A stretch of DNA of 64,000 bases, taken from contig OY969584.1 of the NCBI GenBank assembly GCA_963701285.1, positions 697,498 to 761,497 of the forward strand. The letters run 5' to 3'. The translations under genes were made by a program, and so were the position numbers. Under the pieces are notes generated by a model. The model was not told the origin of the DNA and did no database searches. It saw only the letters and a list, made by a program, of their open reading frames with translations. Shown here one piece after another: positions 27,646 through 38,067 of the stretch. The stretch is from an uncultured Chloroflexia bacterium (lineage in GTDB: Bacteria; Chloroflexota; Dehalococcoidia; SM23-28-2). Each line of letters begins with the position of its first letter. Position 1 is the stretch's first letter.

Positions 27646-28890
27646 TCAAGCATGCACGCTGGGTTCCGGCCCGTCCCCGATGACCCCCGCTGTAGCCAGC
27701 TCTCGTACCTCTTCCTCCGATAGGCCCAGCAGCCCGCGCAGCACGTAGTCGTTGTGCTCGCCCAAGCGCGGCGCCGGCAGCCGGATGTGCGCCGGCGAGC
27801 GGCTCAGGCACCAGGGAACGCCGTCCACGTCCCACGTCCCGGCCTCCGGGTGGGCGACGCTCTCCCAGAAGCCGCGCGCCCGCAAATGCGGGTCGTCGAA
27901 TAGGGCGGGGACGCCGAGCACCGGCCCCGCTGCTACGCCGGCCGCCTGGAGCGCCTCCGCGGCTGCCTGCGGCATGCGGCGGCGCGTCCACTCCCCGACG
28001 ATGGCGTCCAGCGTCTCCTGGTTCCGATACCGGCTGACCACGTCGGCGAAGCGAGGGTCGGCGGCCAGCTCCGGCCGGCCCATGGCCTGGCAAAGGGCGG
28101 CGAACTGCTCATCGTCCCCCACGGCGATGGTCACCCACTGGTCATCGCCTTCACACCGGTAGCAGCCGTGAGGGGCCATGGACGAGTGACGGTTGCCCAT
28201 CGGCTGTGGCAGGCGGCCGTTCATGCCGTAGGCCACCACGCACTCGCCGATGAGGCCCACCATCGTCTCCCAGCCGGCCACCTCTACCTGCTGCCCCTCG
28301 CCGGTGCGGCGGCGATGCCACAGCGCCAGGGCCACCGCCGCGGCCGCGGCGATGCCGACCACGGGGTCGCCGTAGGCAACGCCCGTCCCATGGGGCCCGC
28401 CGCCGAGATAGCCGGAGATGGCGCTAATGCCCCCAAGGTGCTCGAGATTGCCGCCGTTGGCCACGAAGTCCTTCTCGGGGCCGCTGCTGCCGTGGCCGCT
28501 CAGCGAGACCAGGATAATATCCGCCTTGGCCGAACGGAGGGTATCGTAGGAGAGGCCCAGGCTCTCCATGACCCCCGCGCGGTAGTCCTCCACGATCACG
28601 TCGGAGCGGGCTACCAGCCGCAGGAAAAGCTCGCGCCCGCGGGCCTGGCCGAGGTCCACGGTACAGCCATACTTGTTGCGGTTGACGTGATTGAAGGCGG
28701 GCGATTTGTTCCAGGGCTCTTCCGCATCGCCGGACACGGCGGGCGAGGCGCGGAGCACGTCCCACCGACCCGCCGCCTCCACCTTGATGACCTCGGCGCC
28801 CATGTCCGCCAGCAGGCGGGTGCCGTAGGGCCCGGCCCAACCCGCGGTCAGGTCCAGGATGCGGTAGCCGTAGAGAGGCAGCCGCTCCAT
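27646..28890 (-). CDS. Family III CoA-transferase (CaiB/BaiF), paralogue 1
   Basis: MERLPLYGYRILDLTAGWAGPYGTRLLADMGAEVIKVE..., about 414 aa. Its ATG overlaps the stop of paralogue 2 as ATGA. The track ORF 5' extension is an artefact. Confidence 0.8.
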   Translation of the reverse strand: MERLPLYGYRILDLTAGWAGPYGTRLLADMGAEVIKVEAAGRWDVLRASPAVSGDAEEPWNKSPAFNHVNRNKYGCTVDLGQARGRELFLRLVARSDVIVEDYRAGVMESLGLSYDTLRSAKADIILVSLSGHGSSGPEKDFVANGGNLEHLGGISAISGYLGGGPHGTGVAYGDPVVGIAAAAAVALALWHRRRTGEGQQVEVAGWETMVGLIGECVVAYGMNGRLPQPMGNRHSSMAPHGCYRCEGDDQWVTIAVGDDEQFAALCQAMGRPELAADPRFADVVSRYRNQETLDAIVGEWTRRRMPQAAAEALQAAGVAAGPVLGVPALFDDPHLRARGFWESVAHPEAGTWDVDGVPWCLSRSPAHIRLPAPRLGEHNDYVLRGLLGLSEEEVRELATAGVIGDGPEPSVHA

Positions 28891-30080
28891 CAGATTACCC
28901 CGCTGGCCCGCAGGACGGCCAGCTCCTCGCGGCTCATGCCTAGCTCCCCGCAGTAGACGTCCTCGTTGTGCTCGCCCAGCAGCGGCGCCCGGGCCGCCTG
29001 CCAGGGCATCGCCTCCGGCCGGAAGGGCGGGCCGGGGTGGGTCAGGCGGCCGGCAGCCGGGTGGTCGACCTCCCGGAAGAAGCCGCGCGCCCGCAGGTGC
29101 GGCGCCTCCAGCAGATCCCGGACGGTGTGCACGAAGGCGATCGGCGCCCGCAGGTCCCCCGCCCGCTGATAGGCGGCCTTCCGCTCCTGGGCCGCCGCCC
29201 AACCGGCGATGATGCTCTCCAGCTCAGCGCCGTGCTGGAGGCGAGACGAGCCGTCGCGGAAGCGCTCGTCGGCCAGGAGGTCCTCGCGGCCCAGGGCGCG
29301 GGCCAGGGCCGGCCAGTCGTCCGGCAGGCAGTGGACGCCCAGGTGGCCGTCGCGGCAGGGGTAGAGCCCGTCCAGGGCGGACTCGGCGTTGCCCTGCCGC
29401 CGGCCGGTGTCCTGCTTCAGGTAGGCCCAGGCGGAGACGTGCGGCTCCAGCGCCGTCGCCAGGCACTCCATGGCTGCGATGTCGATGTGCTGGCCCACCT
29501 CGGTGGCGTCGGCACTGAGGGAGGCGACGACCGTGGCCGCGAAGGCGTGCAGGCCCGCCTGATAGTCGGCCTGATAGCCGCCGTTCTTCAGGGGCTCGCG
29601 GTCGGGGTCGCCGGTCACGGCCATCTGTCCGCCCATGGCGAAGGCGGTGAGGTTGGTGGCCTTGTATCCGGCGTAGGGCCCCCGCTGGCCGAAGGCGGTG
29701 ACGGAGGTCATCACCAGGCGCGGCTTGATCCCGGCCAGGGACGCGTATCCGAGACGGACCTCGGCCAGGTGGCCCGGCGCGAGGTCCTCCACCACCACCT
29801 CCGCCTCCTCCACCAGCCGGCGCAGGATGAGGGCGCCGGTGCGCTGAGCGATGTCCAGGGTGATGCTCTTCTTGCCGGCGCCAAGGTACAGGAAGAGAGC
29901 GCCCTTCTCTCCATGCGGCAGATCTTCCGGGAAGGGGCCGTGGCGGCGCAGCGGGTCGCCGGCGCCCGGCCGCTCGATCTTGATTACCTCCGCGCCGAAC
30001 CCGGCCAGGAGCCTGGTGCAAAAGGCCCCCGCCACGCCTTCCGAGAGGTCCAGTACCCGCAGGGCGGCGAGGGAGGTCAT
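28890..30080 (-). CDS. Family III CoA-transferase (CaiB/BaiF), paralogue 2
   Basis: MTSLAALRVLDLSEGVAGAFCTRLLAGFGAEVIKIE..., about 396 aa. Confidence 0.8.
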   Translation of the reverse strand: MTSLAALRVLDLSEGVAGAFCTRLLAGFGAEVIKIERPGAGDPLRRHGPFPEDLPHGEKGALFLYLGAGKKSITLDIAQRTGALILRRLVEEAEVVVEDLAPGHLAEVRLGYASLAGIKPRLVMTSVTAFGQRGPYAGYKATNLTAFAMGGQMAVTGDPDREPLKNGGYQADYQAGLHAFAATVVASLSADATEVGQHIDIAAMECLATALEPHVSAWAYLKQDTGRRQGNAESALDGLYPCRDGHLGVHCLPDDWPALARALGREDLLADERFRDGSSRLQHGAELESIIAGWAAAQERKAAYQRAGDLRAPIAFVHTVRDLLEAPHLRARGFFREVDHPAAGRLTHPGPPFRPEAMPWQAARAPLLGEHNEDVYCGELGMSREELAVLRASGVI

Positions 30081-30087
30081 GGGCCGG

Positions 30088-30999
30088 CTAGGGGAAGACC
30101 TCGAACGAGTCGGTGGCGACGACCTCGGCCTGGATGGAGTAGTAGACGCTGTAGGTGCCGGAGACCCAGGTGTCGCTGTAATCCAGGTATGCCCACTCGT
30201 CGGTGCAGACGGTGGCATTCCCCGAAGAGAGGTAGCCGTCAGGATCGACCACGTCCACCCCGAAGTCGTAGCACTCGCCGGGCGAGCCCCACTTGTTGCG
30301 CAGGCCCAGCTCCGCGGTATCGCCGGCGGCGATGGGCTCCCGTGGGGCCGAGACCTGCCAGGTCAGGCTCGTCACGTCTCCCGGCGGCGGGCCACCTCCC
30401 ACCACCTCAAAGGAGTCCTCGGCGTAGATGATGTCGCTTTGAGGGACACCAAAGAGCACCTGGTAGGTGCCCGCCTGGCCGGTATCCGAGATGTAGAAGT
30501 ACGTCCAGCCATCGCCGGACACCTGCCCCTCCTGGACGATGTCCTGCTGGTCGGGCAGGCGCACCAGCATGCCGATGGCGTAGGTCTCGTCCGGCGCCCC
30601 GTTCTCGTTGCGGATCCCCAGCTCGACGGTCGTGCCCGCGGCCACTGGCTGCCGCGGCGCCGACGTCTGCCACGAAGGCGGCAGGGCGACCGCCGTATCC
30701 GTAGGGATGACCCTGGGCACCCGTGTCGCCTTCGGCGTCGCCTTCGCTGTGGGCGCAGCGGTGGCAAGCGTGGTAGCAGTGCCCGTGGCCCCAGGCGTCG
30801 ATGTCGCATGCCGGAAGGCGTCGCGGCGCGGCGTGGGGCTGGCGGCGGCTGTGCCGGACGCGGTAGGGGCTATCCCGGTGGCTGCGGCCGAGGCCGTGGG
30901 AGTCGCCGCGTCGGTCAGGTCCTCCTCGCCGCCGCCACCGCAGCCCGCCAGAAGCACGGCAGCCGCCAGCGTGAGGACTGCCGCTAGAAGGGTTCGCAT
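30088..30999 (-). CDS. Secreted lipoprotein with two tandem copies of a roughly 95-aa domain
   Basis: RBS GGAGGAGG, signal plus lipobox LLAGCGGG, a Thr/Ala/Pro-rich linker, then two homologous domains (...WQTSAPRQPVAAGTTVELGIRNENGAPDETYAIG... and ...TWQVSAPREPIAAGDTAELGLRNKWGSPGECYDFG...). Confidence 0.55.
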   Translation of the reverse strand: MRTLLAAVLTLAAAVLLAGCGGGGEEDLTDAATPTASAAATGIAPTASGTAAASPTPRRDAFRHATSTPGATGTATTLATAAPTAKATPKATRVPRVIPTDTAVALPPSWQTSAPRQPVAAGTTVELGIRNENGAPDETYAIGMLVRLPDQQDIVQEGQVSGDGWTYFYISDTGQAGTYQVLFGVPQSDIIYAEDSFEVVGGGPPPGDVTSLTWQVSAPREPIAAGDTAELGLRNKWGSPGECYDFGVDVVDPDGYLSSGNATVCTDEWAYLDYSDTWVSGTYSVYYSIQAEVVATDSFEVFP

Positions 31000-31019
31000 G
31001 GACAGCCTCCTCCGGCCCC

Positions 31020-31778
31020 CTAGATATTCGAGCGGCTCTGACCGCCGTCCACGTTGACGCAGGCGCCCGTCACCCAGCTCGCTCGCGGCGAGGCCAGGAA
31101 GAGGACTACGTTCGCCACCTCTTCCGCCGTGCCAAAGCGCCCCAGAGGGATGTTCTGCCGCACGAATTCGGCCATGCCTTCTGGGTCTTCCTGCTGGCGG
31201 CGCCACCAGGATCCGCCCGGGTGGCTGATGGAGCCCGGCGCCACCGAGTTCACCCGGATGCCGTCGGGCGCCAGCGTCAGGGCCATCATCTTGGCGTGGC
31301 TGATGACCGCCGCCTTCATGGCGTTGTAGGTGGGCACGTGCCCGGACTCCCGCCCGTAGATGGAGGCTATATGTATGACGGCTCCGCCGCCCGCTCGTTT
31401 CAGATGGGGCACCACCAGCCGGGTAAGCCGGGCCGTGGCCAGGATGTTCATCTCGAATGTGGCCTGCCAGGCGGCATCGGTGTCTTCGGACACATAGGCG
31501 CTGGCGTTGTTCACCAGGACATCGATCCGCCCGAAGGCCTCGACAGCGGCCTGCACCAGCCGCTCCATGTCCTCGCCCTTGGCGATGTCCGCGACCATAG
31601 CCAGCGCCCGCACCCCCTTCGCCTCGGCTTCGCGCGCCGCCCCCCGCAGCCGCTCCTCGCCACGGGCGCAGAGCACGACGTGGCACCCTTCACCGGCCAG
31701 GCCCAGGGCGATCGCCCGCCCGATGCCGCGGCTGCCGCCGGTAACGATGGCCACCTTGTCGCGCAGGCCCAGGTCCAT
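31020..31778 (-). CDS. Short-chain dehydrogenase/reductase (FabG-like)
   Basis: KVAIVTGGSRGIGRAIA, NNAS, Y..AMKAAV active-site motifs; RBS GGAGG. Confidence 0.8.
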   Translation of the reverse strand: MDLGLRDKVAIVTGGSRGIGRAIALGLAGEGCHVVLCARGEERLRGAAREAEAKGVRALAMVADIAKGEDMERLVQAAVEAFGRIDVLVNNASAYVSEDTDAAWQATFEMNILATARLTRLVVPHLKRAGGGAVIHIASIYGRESGHVPTYNAMKAAVISHAKMMALTLAPDGIRVNSVAPGSISHPGGSWWRRQQEDPEGMAEFVRQNIPLGRFGTAEEVANVVLFLASPRASWVTGACVNVDGGQSRSNI

Positions 31779-31782
31779 CTCC

Positions 31783-33138
31783 TCAGCCCTCCAGCCCCAG
31801 TTGCTCCTTGAAGTTCGGCTCCACGTCCCGCACGGCGCCCATCTGCTGGAACGAGAACAGCGGCTGAGGCACGACCTGGCGGGCCAGGGGCAAGGGATAG
31901 GCCAGCACCGGCTCCGTCCCGATGGTTCCCTCTTCCTCCAGCCGCGCCACATCGTCGTCCGAGAGGCCCAGCAGCCCCTGGAGCACCTCGCGGTTGTGCT
32001 CGCCGAGCTTGGGGGCCGGGCCCCGCGCCCTGGCCTCGAAGCGGCTGAAGCGGGCGCCCAGTACTCGCGGCACCGGCCGCCTGCCGGCGCCCGGCACGTC
32101 CACCAGGTCGAAGGTGCCGCGCTCACGCAGGTGGGGGTCGAGCAGGACCTCCTTGGGGTTGAGCACCGCCGCGGCGGTGACCCCCGCCCGCTGGAGGAGG
32201 TGCATCGCCTCGATGTGATCCTGCTCGCGGGTCCAGGTCTCAATTAGGGCGTCCAACTCGTCGTGGTGGCGGTGGCGGGAGAGGATGTCGGCGAAGCGCT
32301 GGTCCTCGGCCCACTCAGGATGGCCTACCGCCGCCACGAAGCGGAGCCACTGGTTGTCGTTGGCCACGGAGATGACCAGCCAGTCGTCCTCGCCGTAGCA
32401 ACGGTAGCACCCCTGCGGCGCTGCGACGAGGTCGCGGTTGCCCAGACGAGGCCGCTGGCGCCCGTTCATGACGAAGTCCATGAGGGCATGGCCGATCAGG
32501 GGGATGGCTGCCTCGTGCTGGGACAGGTCGATGAACTGGCCCTTGCCGGTGCGGCGCCGGTAGAGCAGGGCCAGAAGCACGGCGCCGGCGCCCATCAGGC
32601 CGGTGAGGGGGTCGGTGAAGGAGATGCCGGTGCGCGCTGGCGGGCCATCGCGATAGCCGGTGGTGGAGCAGATGCCGGAGGCTGCCTCCAGCCCGGTGCC
32701 GAAGGCCCCATAGTCCCGCCAGGGGCCGCTCTGCCCGTACCCCGACATCGAGAGCATGATGATGTCGGGCCGGAGCTGCCTCAGCGATGCGTATTCCAGC
32801 CCCAGGTTCTCCATTACCCGCGGCGTGAAGCTTTCCACCACGACGTCGGTCAAGGGCACCAGGCGCTTGAACAGCTCCACTCCCTCGCTGTGGGTGAACT
32901 CCAGGGTGACCGACCGCTTGCCGACGTTGCGGAACACGTAGTAGCCGCCGCGATTCCAGTAGTCGTCGGAGCCATCGTTCTCGGCGATGAACAGGTTGCG
33001 AACGGGGTCCGTCCGGTAGATGCCCTCTATCTTGATGACCTCCGCTCCCAGCTCGCAGAGGACGCGGCCGCAAGTAGGACCGGCGTACACCTGCCCCAGG
33101 TCGAGGACTCGGATGCCCGCGAGAGGGAGGTCAGTCAT
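31783..33138 (-). CDS. Family III CoA-transferase (CaiB/BaiF), paralogue 3
   Basis: MTDLPLAGIRVLDLGQVYAGPTCGRVLCELGAEVIKIE..., 451 aa. Confidence 0.8.
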   Translation of the reverse strand: MTDLPLAGIRVLDLGQVYAGPTCGRVLCELGAEVIKIEGIYRTDPVRNLFIAENDGSDDYWNRGGYYVFRNVGKRSVTLEFTHSEGVELFKRLVPLTDVVVESFTPRVMENLGLEYASLRQLRPDIIMLSMSGYGQSGPWRDYGAFGTGLEAASGICSTTGYRDGPPARTGISFTDPLTGLMGAGAVLLALLYRRRTGKGQFIDLSQHEAAIPLIGHALMDFVMNGRQRPRLGNRDLVAAPQGCYRCYGEDDWLVISVANDNQWLRFVAAVGHPEWAEDQRFADILSRHRHHDELDALIETWTREQDHIEAMHLLQRAGVTAAAVLNPKEVLLDPHLRERGTFDLVDVPGAGRRPVPRVLGARFSRFEARARGPAPKLGEHNREVLQGLLGLSDDDVARLEEEGTIGTEPVLAYPLPLARQVVPQPLFSFQQMGAVRDVEPNFKEQLGLEG

Positions 33139-33221
33139 CTGCTACGCGTACCCGTAGCGGAGGCCTTCAAGCCTCCGACGTTCGCTGGAAGGCTGAAACC
33201 TTCCGCTACGTCTTTCCACCA

Positions 33222-34418
33222 CTAAATGATCCCCCGCTCCCGCAGGATGGTCAGGTCCTCCCGTCGGTAGCCCATGGCCTCCCTCAGCACGTCCTCGTTG
33301 TGCTGGCCCAGCGTTGGGGCAGGCCCCGTTTGCAGCGGCGTCTCGCTCATCAGAAAGAGCGGGCCACCGTGGGTGAGCTTTCCCGTACCCGGGTGCTCGA
33401 TCTCCTGGAAGAAGCGCCGCTCCGCCAGGTGGGCGTTGGTCAGCAGCGTCTCCGGCCCCAGCACCGGCCCGAAGGGCATGCGCAGCTCCTGGGCCAGCGT
33501 CAGGATCTCCTCCGAGCCGTGCTCGTCAAGCCAGGGCTGGATGAGGGCATCAAACTCGCGCCACTGGATGGCGCGCATCCAGAAGTTGATGAACAGCATG
33601 TCGGTTTCCAGCTCCGGCCGGCCGATGAGCAGGGCCATGTTGGTGGGGAAGCCCAGGGTGCCGGGCACGACTACGATGTGGCCGTTGCGGCAGGGATAGA
33701 TGTCCATGGGATAGATAAATAGGTGCCGCGAGTAGAAGCGGCGGCGGATGGCTCCCATGAACGAGTACATCGCCGTGTTGTACTCATCGGCGCAGCCCAG
33801 CGACTCCAGCAACGACACGTCGATGTGCTGGCCGCCGCCCTCGCTCTCGCGAAAGGCCAGCGCCGCCAGGACCGCCACCCAGGCGTTGACCGCAGCGAAG
33901 TAGTCCGCGGCGTAGCCGCCGGTGGCCAGCGGCTCGCGATCGGGGTCGCCGCTGACGTACATCAGGCCGGAGAGGGCCAGCGCGGCGATGCTGTTCGCCT
34001 GATAGTCGCGGTAGGGCCCCGTCTGGCCAAAGGGGGTAATGGAGCAGTAGATGAGCTGCGGCATTTCGTCCTTCAGGTCGTCGTAGCCCAGGCCGGCCAG
34101 GTGGCCCGGCGGGTAGCTCTCGATGAGCACGTCGGCCTTGGCCAGCAGCCGCTCCAGGATGATCCGCCCGCTTGTGGTGCCGATGTCCAGCGTCACGCTC
34201 TTCTTGTTGGTGTTGAGGTGGAGGTAGAGACCACTCTTCTCGCCGTCAGGGACGTCGCCCGGAAAAGGGCCGAGGTTGCGCGAGGCGTCGCCGTTGTCCG
34301 GCGGCTCGACCTTGATGACCTCCGCCCCGGCGTCGGCCAGCAGCTTCCCGCAGTACGGGCCGGCCACGCCCTGCGCCAACTCGATGACGTGGATATCGGC
34401 GAGGGCGGAATCAGGCAT
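33222..34418 (-). CDS. Family III CoA-transferase (CaiB/BaiF), paralogue 4
   Basis: MPDSALADIHVIELAQGVAGPYCGKLLADAGAEVIKVE..., about 398 aa. The track ORF start is extended by an artefact. Confidence 0.8.
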   Translation of the reverse strand: MPDSALADIHVIELAQGVAGPYCGKLLADAGAEVIKVEPPDNGDASRNLGPFPGDVPDGEKSGLYLHLNTNKKSVTLDIGTTSGRIILERLLAKADVLIESYPPGHLAGLGYDDLKDEMPQLIYCSITPFGQTGPYRDYQANSIAALALSGLMYVSGDPDREPLATGGYAADYFAAVNAWVAVLAALAFRESEGGGQHIDVSLLESLGCADEYNTAMYSFMGAIRRRFYSRHLFIYPMDIYPCRNGHIVVVPGTLGFPTNMALLIGRPELETDMLFINFWMRAIQWREFDALIQPWLDEHGSEEILTLAQELRMPFGPVLGPETLLTNAHLAERRFFQEIEHPGTGKLTHGGPLFLMSETPLQTGPAPTLGQHNEDVLREAMGYRREDLTILRERGII

Positions 34419-34626
34419 AAGGGGGCTCCATCTGGGAAACCTGCCCGCCGCTGGGCAGGGAGGGCGTCGCTGGCGGGCATGATACAACGCCCGTTCATCC
34501 CGACGCAACGGTCTTGCTACCCGGTCACGGCGCGCCCGCCGAAGAGTGAGTGCTCGCTCTACCCTTCGCCATGCTCAGGATGAGCGGGCTGCGCTCTGAC
34601 GCGACGGCACAGTAGGAGCGAATCTC

Positions 34627-34690
34627 GACCGCACCCTGAAGGGGGCGGCATCCACGACGTTCCGATGCCGCGGCCTTTAGGCTGCGGTTC
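34627..34690 (+). repeat. Copy C of the two-hairpin repeat family, in the divergent promoter region
   Basis: gaCCGCACCCtgaaGGGGGCGGcat-N13-atGCCGCGGCCtttaGGCTGCGGttc. Confidence 0.6.
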
Positions 34691-34790
34691 CGTGATCTCC
34701 ACGCCTCCAACGGAACGAACCACGGGACACTGCCTCCTTCCTTGACGACCCCAGTGGGCCTTGCTACGATGCTGACGCCATCGAGTAGCC

Positions 34791-35576
34791 ATGCCCTACC
34801 AGACCATCAGCCTCACCCAGCGCGACGCCATCGCCTACCTCCACCTGCAGCGGCCCGAGCAGGAGAACCGCATCGACGCCCTCCTCCTGCGCGAGCTGGC
34901 CGCCGCCTGCGAGGCGCTGGCCGACGACCCCCAAGTGGGAGCCGTCGTCCTCAGCGGCGGCGAAGGACCGGCGTTCTCTCTGGGTTGGGACCTCTCATTC
35001 CTGGCGGCAGCGGTCGAGGGCGAAGCCGGGGCGCCTCTGGGCGAACGCCTGGGCCACACCTTCCACTCCCTGGCCCACATGCCGCGCCCGGTCATCTGTG
35101 CCATCAACGGCGACGCGTTCAGCGCCGGCCTGGAGCTGGCACTGGCCTGCGACGTGCGCCTGGCCTGCCCCGAGGCTCGCTTCGCCTTCCCCGAGGCCGC
35201 CTGGGGCCTTATTCCGATGGCCAGTGGAACACAGCGCCTGCCGCGCATCGTCGGGCGGGCGGCAGCGCTGGAGCTCATCCTCACGGCGGAGCCCATCGAC
35301 GCTCAGACGGCCCTGCGCATCGGCCTGGTGAGCCAGGTGGTGTCCCGCGACCGCCTCCTGGCGGATGCCTCCGCCCTGGCCGGGCGCATCGCCGCCCGCG
35401 GGCCCATCGCCGTGCGCTACGCCAAGGAGGCGGTGAGCCAGGGGCTAGACATGCCGCTGGAGCAGGCCTTGCGCTTCGAGACCGACCTCACGATCATCCT
35501 CCAGACCACCGAGGACCGGGCCGAGGGCGTGCGCGCCTTCCTGGAGAAGCGACGGCCGGAGTTCCGCGGGCGGTAA
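34791..35576 (+). CDS. Enoyl-CoA hydratase/isomerase (crotonase fold) 1
   Basis: 261 aa with the crotonase signature ...AINGDAFSAGLELALACDVRLA... Confidence 0.8.
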   Translation: MPYQTISLTQRDAIAYLHLQRPEQENRIDALLLRELAAACEALADDPQVGAVVLSGGEGPAFSLGWDLSFLAAAVEGEAGAPLGERLGHTFHSLAHMPRPVICAINGDAFSAGLELALACDVRLACPEARFAFPEAAWGLIPMASGTQRLPRIVGRAAALELILTAEPIDAQTALRIGLVSQVVSRDRLLADASALAGRIAARGPIAVRYAKEAVSQGLDMPLEQALRFETDLTIILQTTEDRAEGVRAFLEKRRPEFRGR

Positions 35577-35652
35577 GAGATGCAGGTCATCCTGGAGACC
35601 GACGGAACGCCGCTTCCAGGCTGCGGGCTATGGCGCTGAACAGATGAGCTGA

Positions 35653-36438
35653 ATGAACGCCTTCGCGACCCTGATCTACGAGAAGCAAGACGGCATCGCC
35701 TGGGTCACCCTCAACCGGCCGGAGACCCTGAACGCCGTCAACCTCCGGATGCGCGACGACCTGTGGGAGGTGCTGCACGCCCTGCGCGACGACCCGGATG
35801 TGGCGGTCGCCATCTTCAAGGGCGCGGGCGAGCGGGCCTTCTCCGCCGGCGCCGACGTCAGCGAGTTCGGGACGGCGCCCTCGGTGGTGGAGGCGCGACG
35901 AGCGCGGCGGGAGCGCGACGTCTGGGGCTACCTGCTGGCCATCGAGAAGCCGCTCATCGCCGCCATCCACGGCTTTGCCCTGGGCGCCGGCATCGAGCTG
36001 AGCATGTGCTGCGACCTGCGTATCGCCGCCGAGGACGCCCGCATCGGCCTGCCGGAGGTGACGCTGGGCTACATCCCCTCGGCCGGCGGCACCCAGCTCA
36101 TGCCGCGCATCATCCGGCCGGGGCTGGCCATGGGCCTCATCCTGTCCGGCGACACCATCGCCGCAACCGAGGCGCTGCGCATCGGCCTGGTGCACCGCGT
36201 TGTCCCTCGCGACCGCCTCTACGCCGAGGCGGAGGCGATGGCCCGCCGCCTGCTGGGCCTGTCGCCGCTGGCCCTGCGCCTGGCCAAGGCGGCCGTCACT
36301 CAGGGGCTGGACCTGCCCCTGGCGGCGGGGCTAGACCTCGAGGCGCGGCTGGCCCGCCAGGCCCTGGCCGGCCGCGATGCCCGCGAGGGCCTGCGGGCCC
36401 TTCGCCAGGGCCAGACGCCCCGTTTCGTGGGAGCATGA
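35653..36438 (+). CDS. Enoyl-CoA hydratase/isomerase (crotonase fold) 2
   Basis: 261 aa, ...AIHGFALGAGIELSMCCDLRIA... Confidence 0.8.
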   Translation: MNAFATLIYEKQDGIAWVTLNRPETLNAVNLRMRDDLWEVLHALRDDPDVAVAIFKGAGERAFSAGADVSEFGTAPSVVEARRARRERDVWGYLLAIEKPLIAAIHGFALGAGIELSMCCDLRIAAEDARIGLPEVTLGYIPSAGGTQLMPRIIRPGLAMGLILSGDTIAATEALRIGLVHRVVPRDRLYAEAEAMARRLLGLSPLALRLAKAAVTQGLDLPLAAGLDLEARLARQALAGRDAREGLRALRQGQTPRFVGA

Positions 36439-36460
36439 TCGACAAACCCAGGAGGGAGAG

Positions 36461-38020
36461 ATGAACACCGCCGAGTTCCTCACCATTAGTGCCGCCATCG
36501 TCCCGGAGCGCGAGGCGCTGGTCTGCGGCGATGCCCGCCTCACCTACCTGCAGATGCAGGAGCGGGTCAACCGCCTGGCCAACGCCCTGACCGACCTGGG
36601 CGTGGAGGGCGGCCACAAAGTGGCTGTCATGGCCCTCAACTCGCACCGGTACATCGAGACCTACTATGCCTGCGCCAAGCTGGGCGCCGTGTTCGCCCCC
36701 CTCAATTACCGCGCCAAGCGGGAGGAGCTCACCTACATGGTGAACAACTCCGAGGCCTCCGTCTTCTTTGTCGGCGAGCGCTACCTGGAGCTGGTGGCAG
36801 CGATGCGACCCGAGATCAAGGGCGTCCGCCACTTCATCTGCTTCGACGCCCGCCCTCAGGGCATGCAGAGCTACGAGGACATCCTCGCTAAGTATCCGCC
36901 CGAGGAGATCTTCGTGGAGATCGACGACGGCGATCCATCCGTCCTTATGTACACCAGCGGCACGACCGCCTTGCCCAAGGGCGTCATCCTCACCTACCTC
37001 GCCCTCTCCGTCTACGTGACCAACACCATGGAGCCGGCCAACCCCGAGACCCACGATGTCATGCTCCTCTCGGTGCCCGTCTATCACGTGGCCGGCGTCA
37101 CCGCCATCATGTCCTCCATCTGGGGCGGGCGAACGGTGGTGATCCTGCCTCAGTTCGAGCCGCATGCCTGGCTGGAGGCCGTCCAGAAGGAGCGGGTCAC
37201 CCATAGCTTCGTCGTGCCCACCATGCTTAAGCGGGTCATGGACGAGCCTGACTTCGACCGCTACGACCTCAGCTCCCTTCAGCTCCTGGCCTACGGCGCC
37301 GCTCCCATGCCTTACGAGGTCATCCGCAAGGCGGTGGGCGTGTTCCAGTGCGGGCTGATGAACGCCTACGGCCAGACGGAGAGCACCTCGACCCTCACCT
37401 ACCTTGGCCCCGAAGACCACGTCATCGAGGGCACGGAGGAGGAGAAGCAGAGGCGGCTCGAGCGCCTGAAGTCGGTGGGGCGCGCCATGGAGGACGTGAC
37501 CATTGCCATCATGGATCCCGTGGGGAACCTCCTGCCGCGGGGGCAGGAGGGCGAGATCGTGGCCCAGGGCGCCCGTCTCATGACCGGCTACTGGAAGCGG
37601 GACGAGGAGACGGCCGAGGCCCTGGTGGACGGCTGGCTCCACACCGGCGATATCGGCTGGATGGATGATGAGGGCTATCTGTTCATCACCGGCCGCACCA
37701 AGGACCTCATCATCCGCGGCGGCGAGAACATATCGCCGGGGGAGATCGAGACCGTCCTCGAGCAGCACCCCAAGGTCGAGGAGGCGGTGGTCATCGGCGT
37801 GCCCGACCTAGAGTGGGGCGAGGAGGTGAAGGCGATCGTCGTCCTGAGGCCGGGCGAGACCGCCACCGCCGACGAGATCGTTCAGTACGCCAAGAGCCGC
37901 CTGGCCAGCTTCAAGGCGCCCAAGTACGTCACTTTTGTCCAAGAGCTGCCGCGCAACTATCTGGGCAAAGTGCTCAAGACCGAGCTGCGCAAGCTCCACG
38001 GCCGGCCCATCTCGCGGTAG
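36461..38020 (+). CDS. AMP-forming acyl-CoA synthetase/ligase
   Basis: [25 protein letters not shown] (AMP-binding box), TGD...[10 protein letters not shown], and C-terminal K in ...[11 protein letters not shown]. Confidence 0.85.
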   Translation: MNTAEFLTISAAIVPEREALVCGDARLTYLQMQERVNRLANALTDLGVEGGHKVAVMALNSHRYIETYYACAKLGAVFAPLNYRAKREELTYMVNNSEASVFFVGERYLELVAAMRPEIKGVRHFICFDARPQGMQSYEDILAKYPPEEIFVEIDDGDPSVLMYTSGTTALPKGVILTYLALSVYVTNTMEPANPETHDVMLLSVPVYHVAGVTAIMSSIWGGRTVVILPQFEPHAWLEAVQKERVTHSFVVPTMLKRVMDEPDFDRYDLSSLQLLAYGAAPMPYEVIRKAVGVFQCGLMNAYGQTESTSTLTYLGPEDHVIEGTEEEKQRRLERLKSVGRAMEDVTIAIMDPVGNLLPRGQEGEIVAQGARLMTGYWKRDEETAEALVDGWLHTGDIGWMDDEGYLFITGRTKDLIIRGGENISPGEIETVLEQHPKVEEAVVIGVPDLEWGEEVKAIVVLRPGETATADEIVQYAKSRLASFKAPKYVTFVQELPRNYLGKVLKTELRKLHGRPISR

Positions 38021-38067
38021 GGGCGCTGCTCGCTGCGGCCAATTGGGCGAACGGGAGGTGAGGCGAG

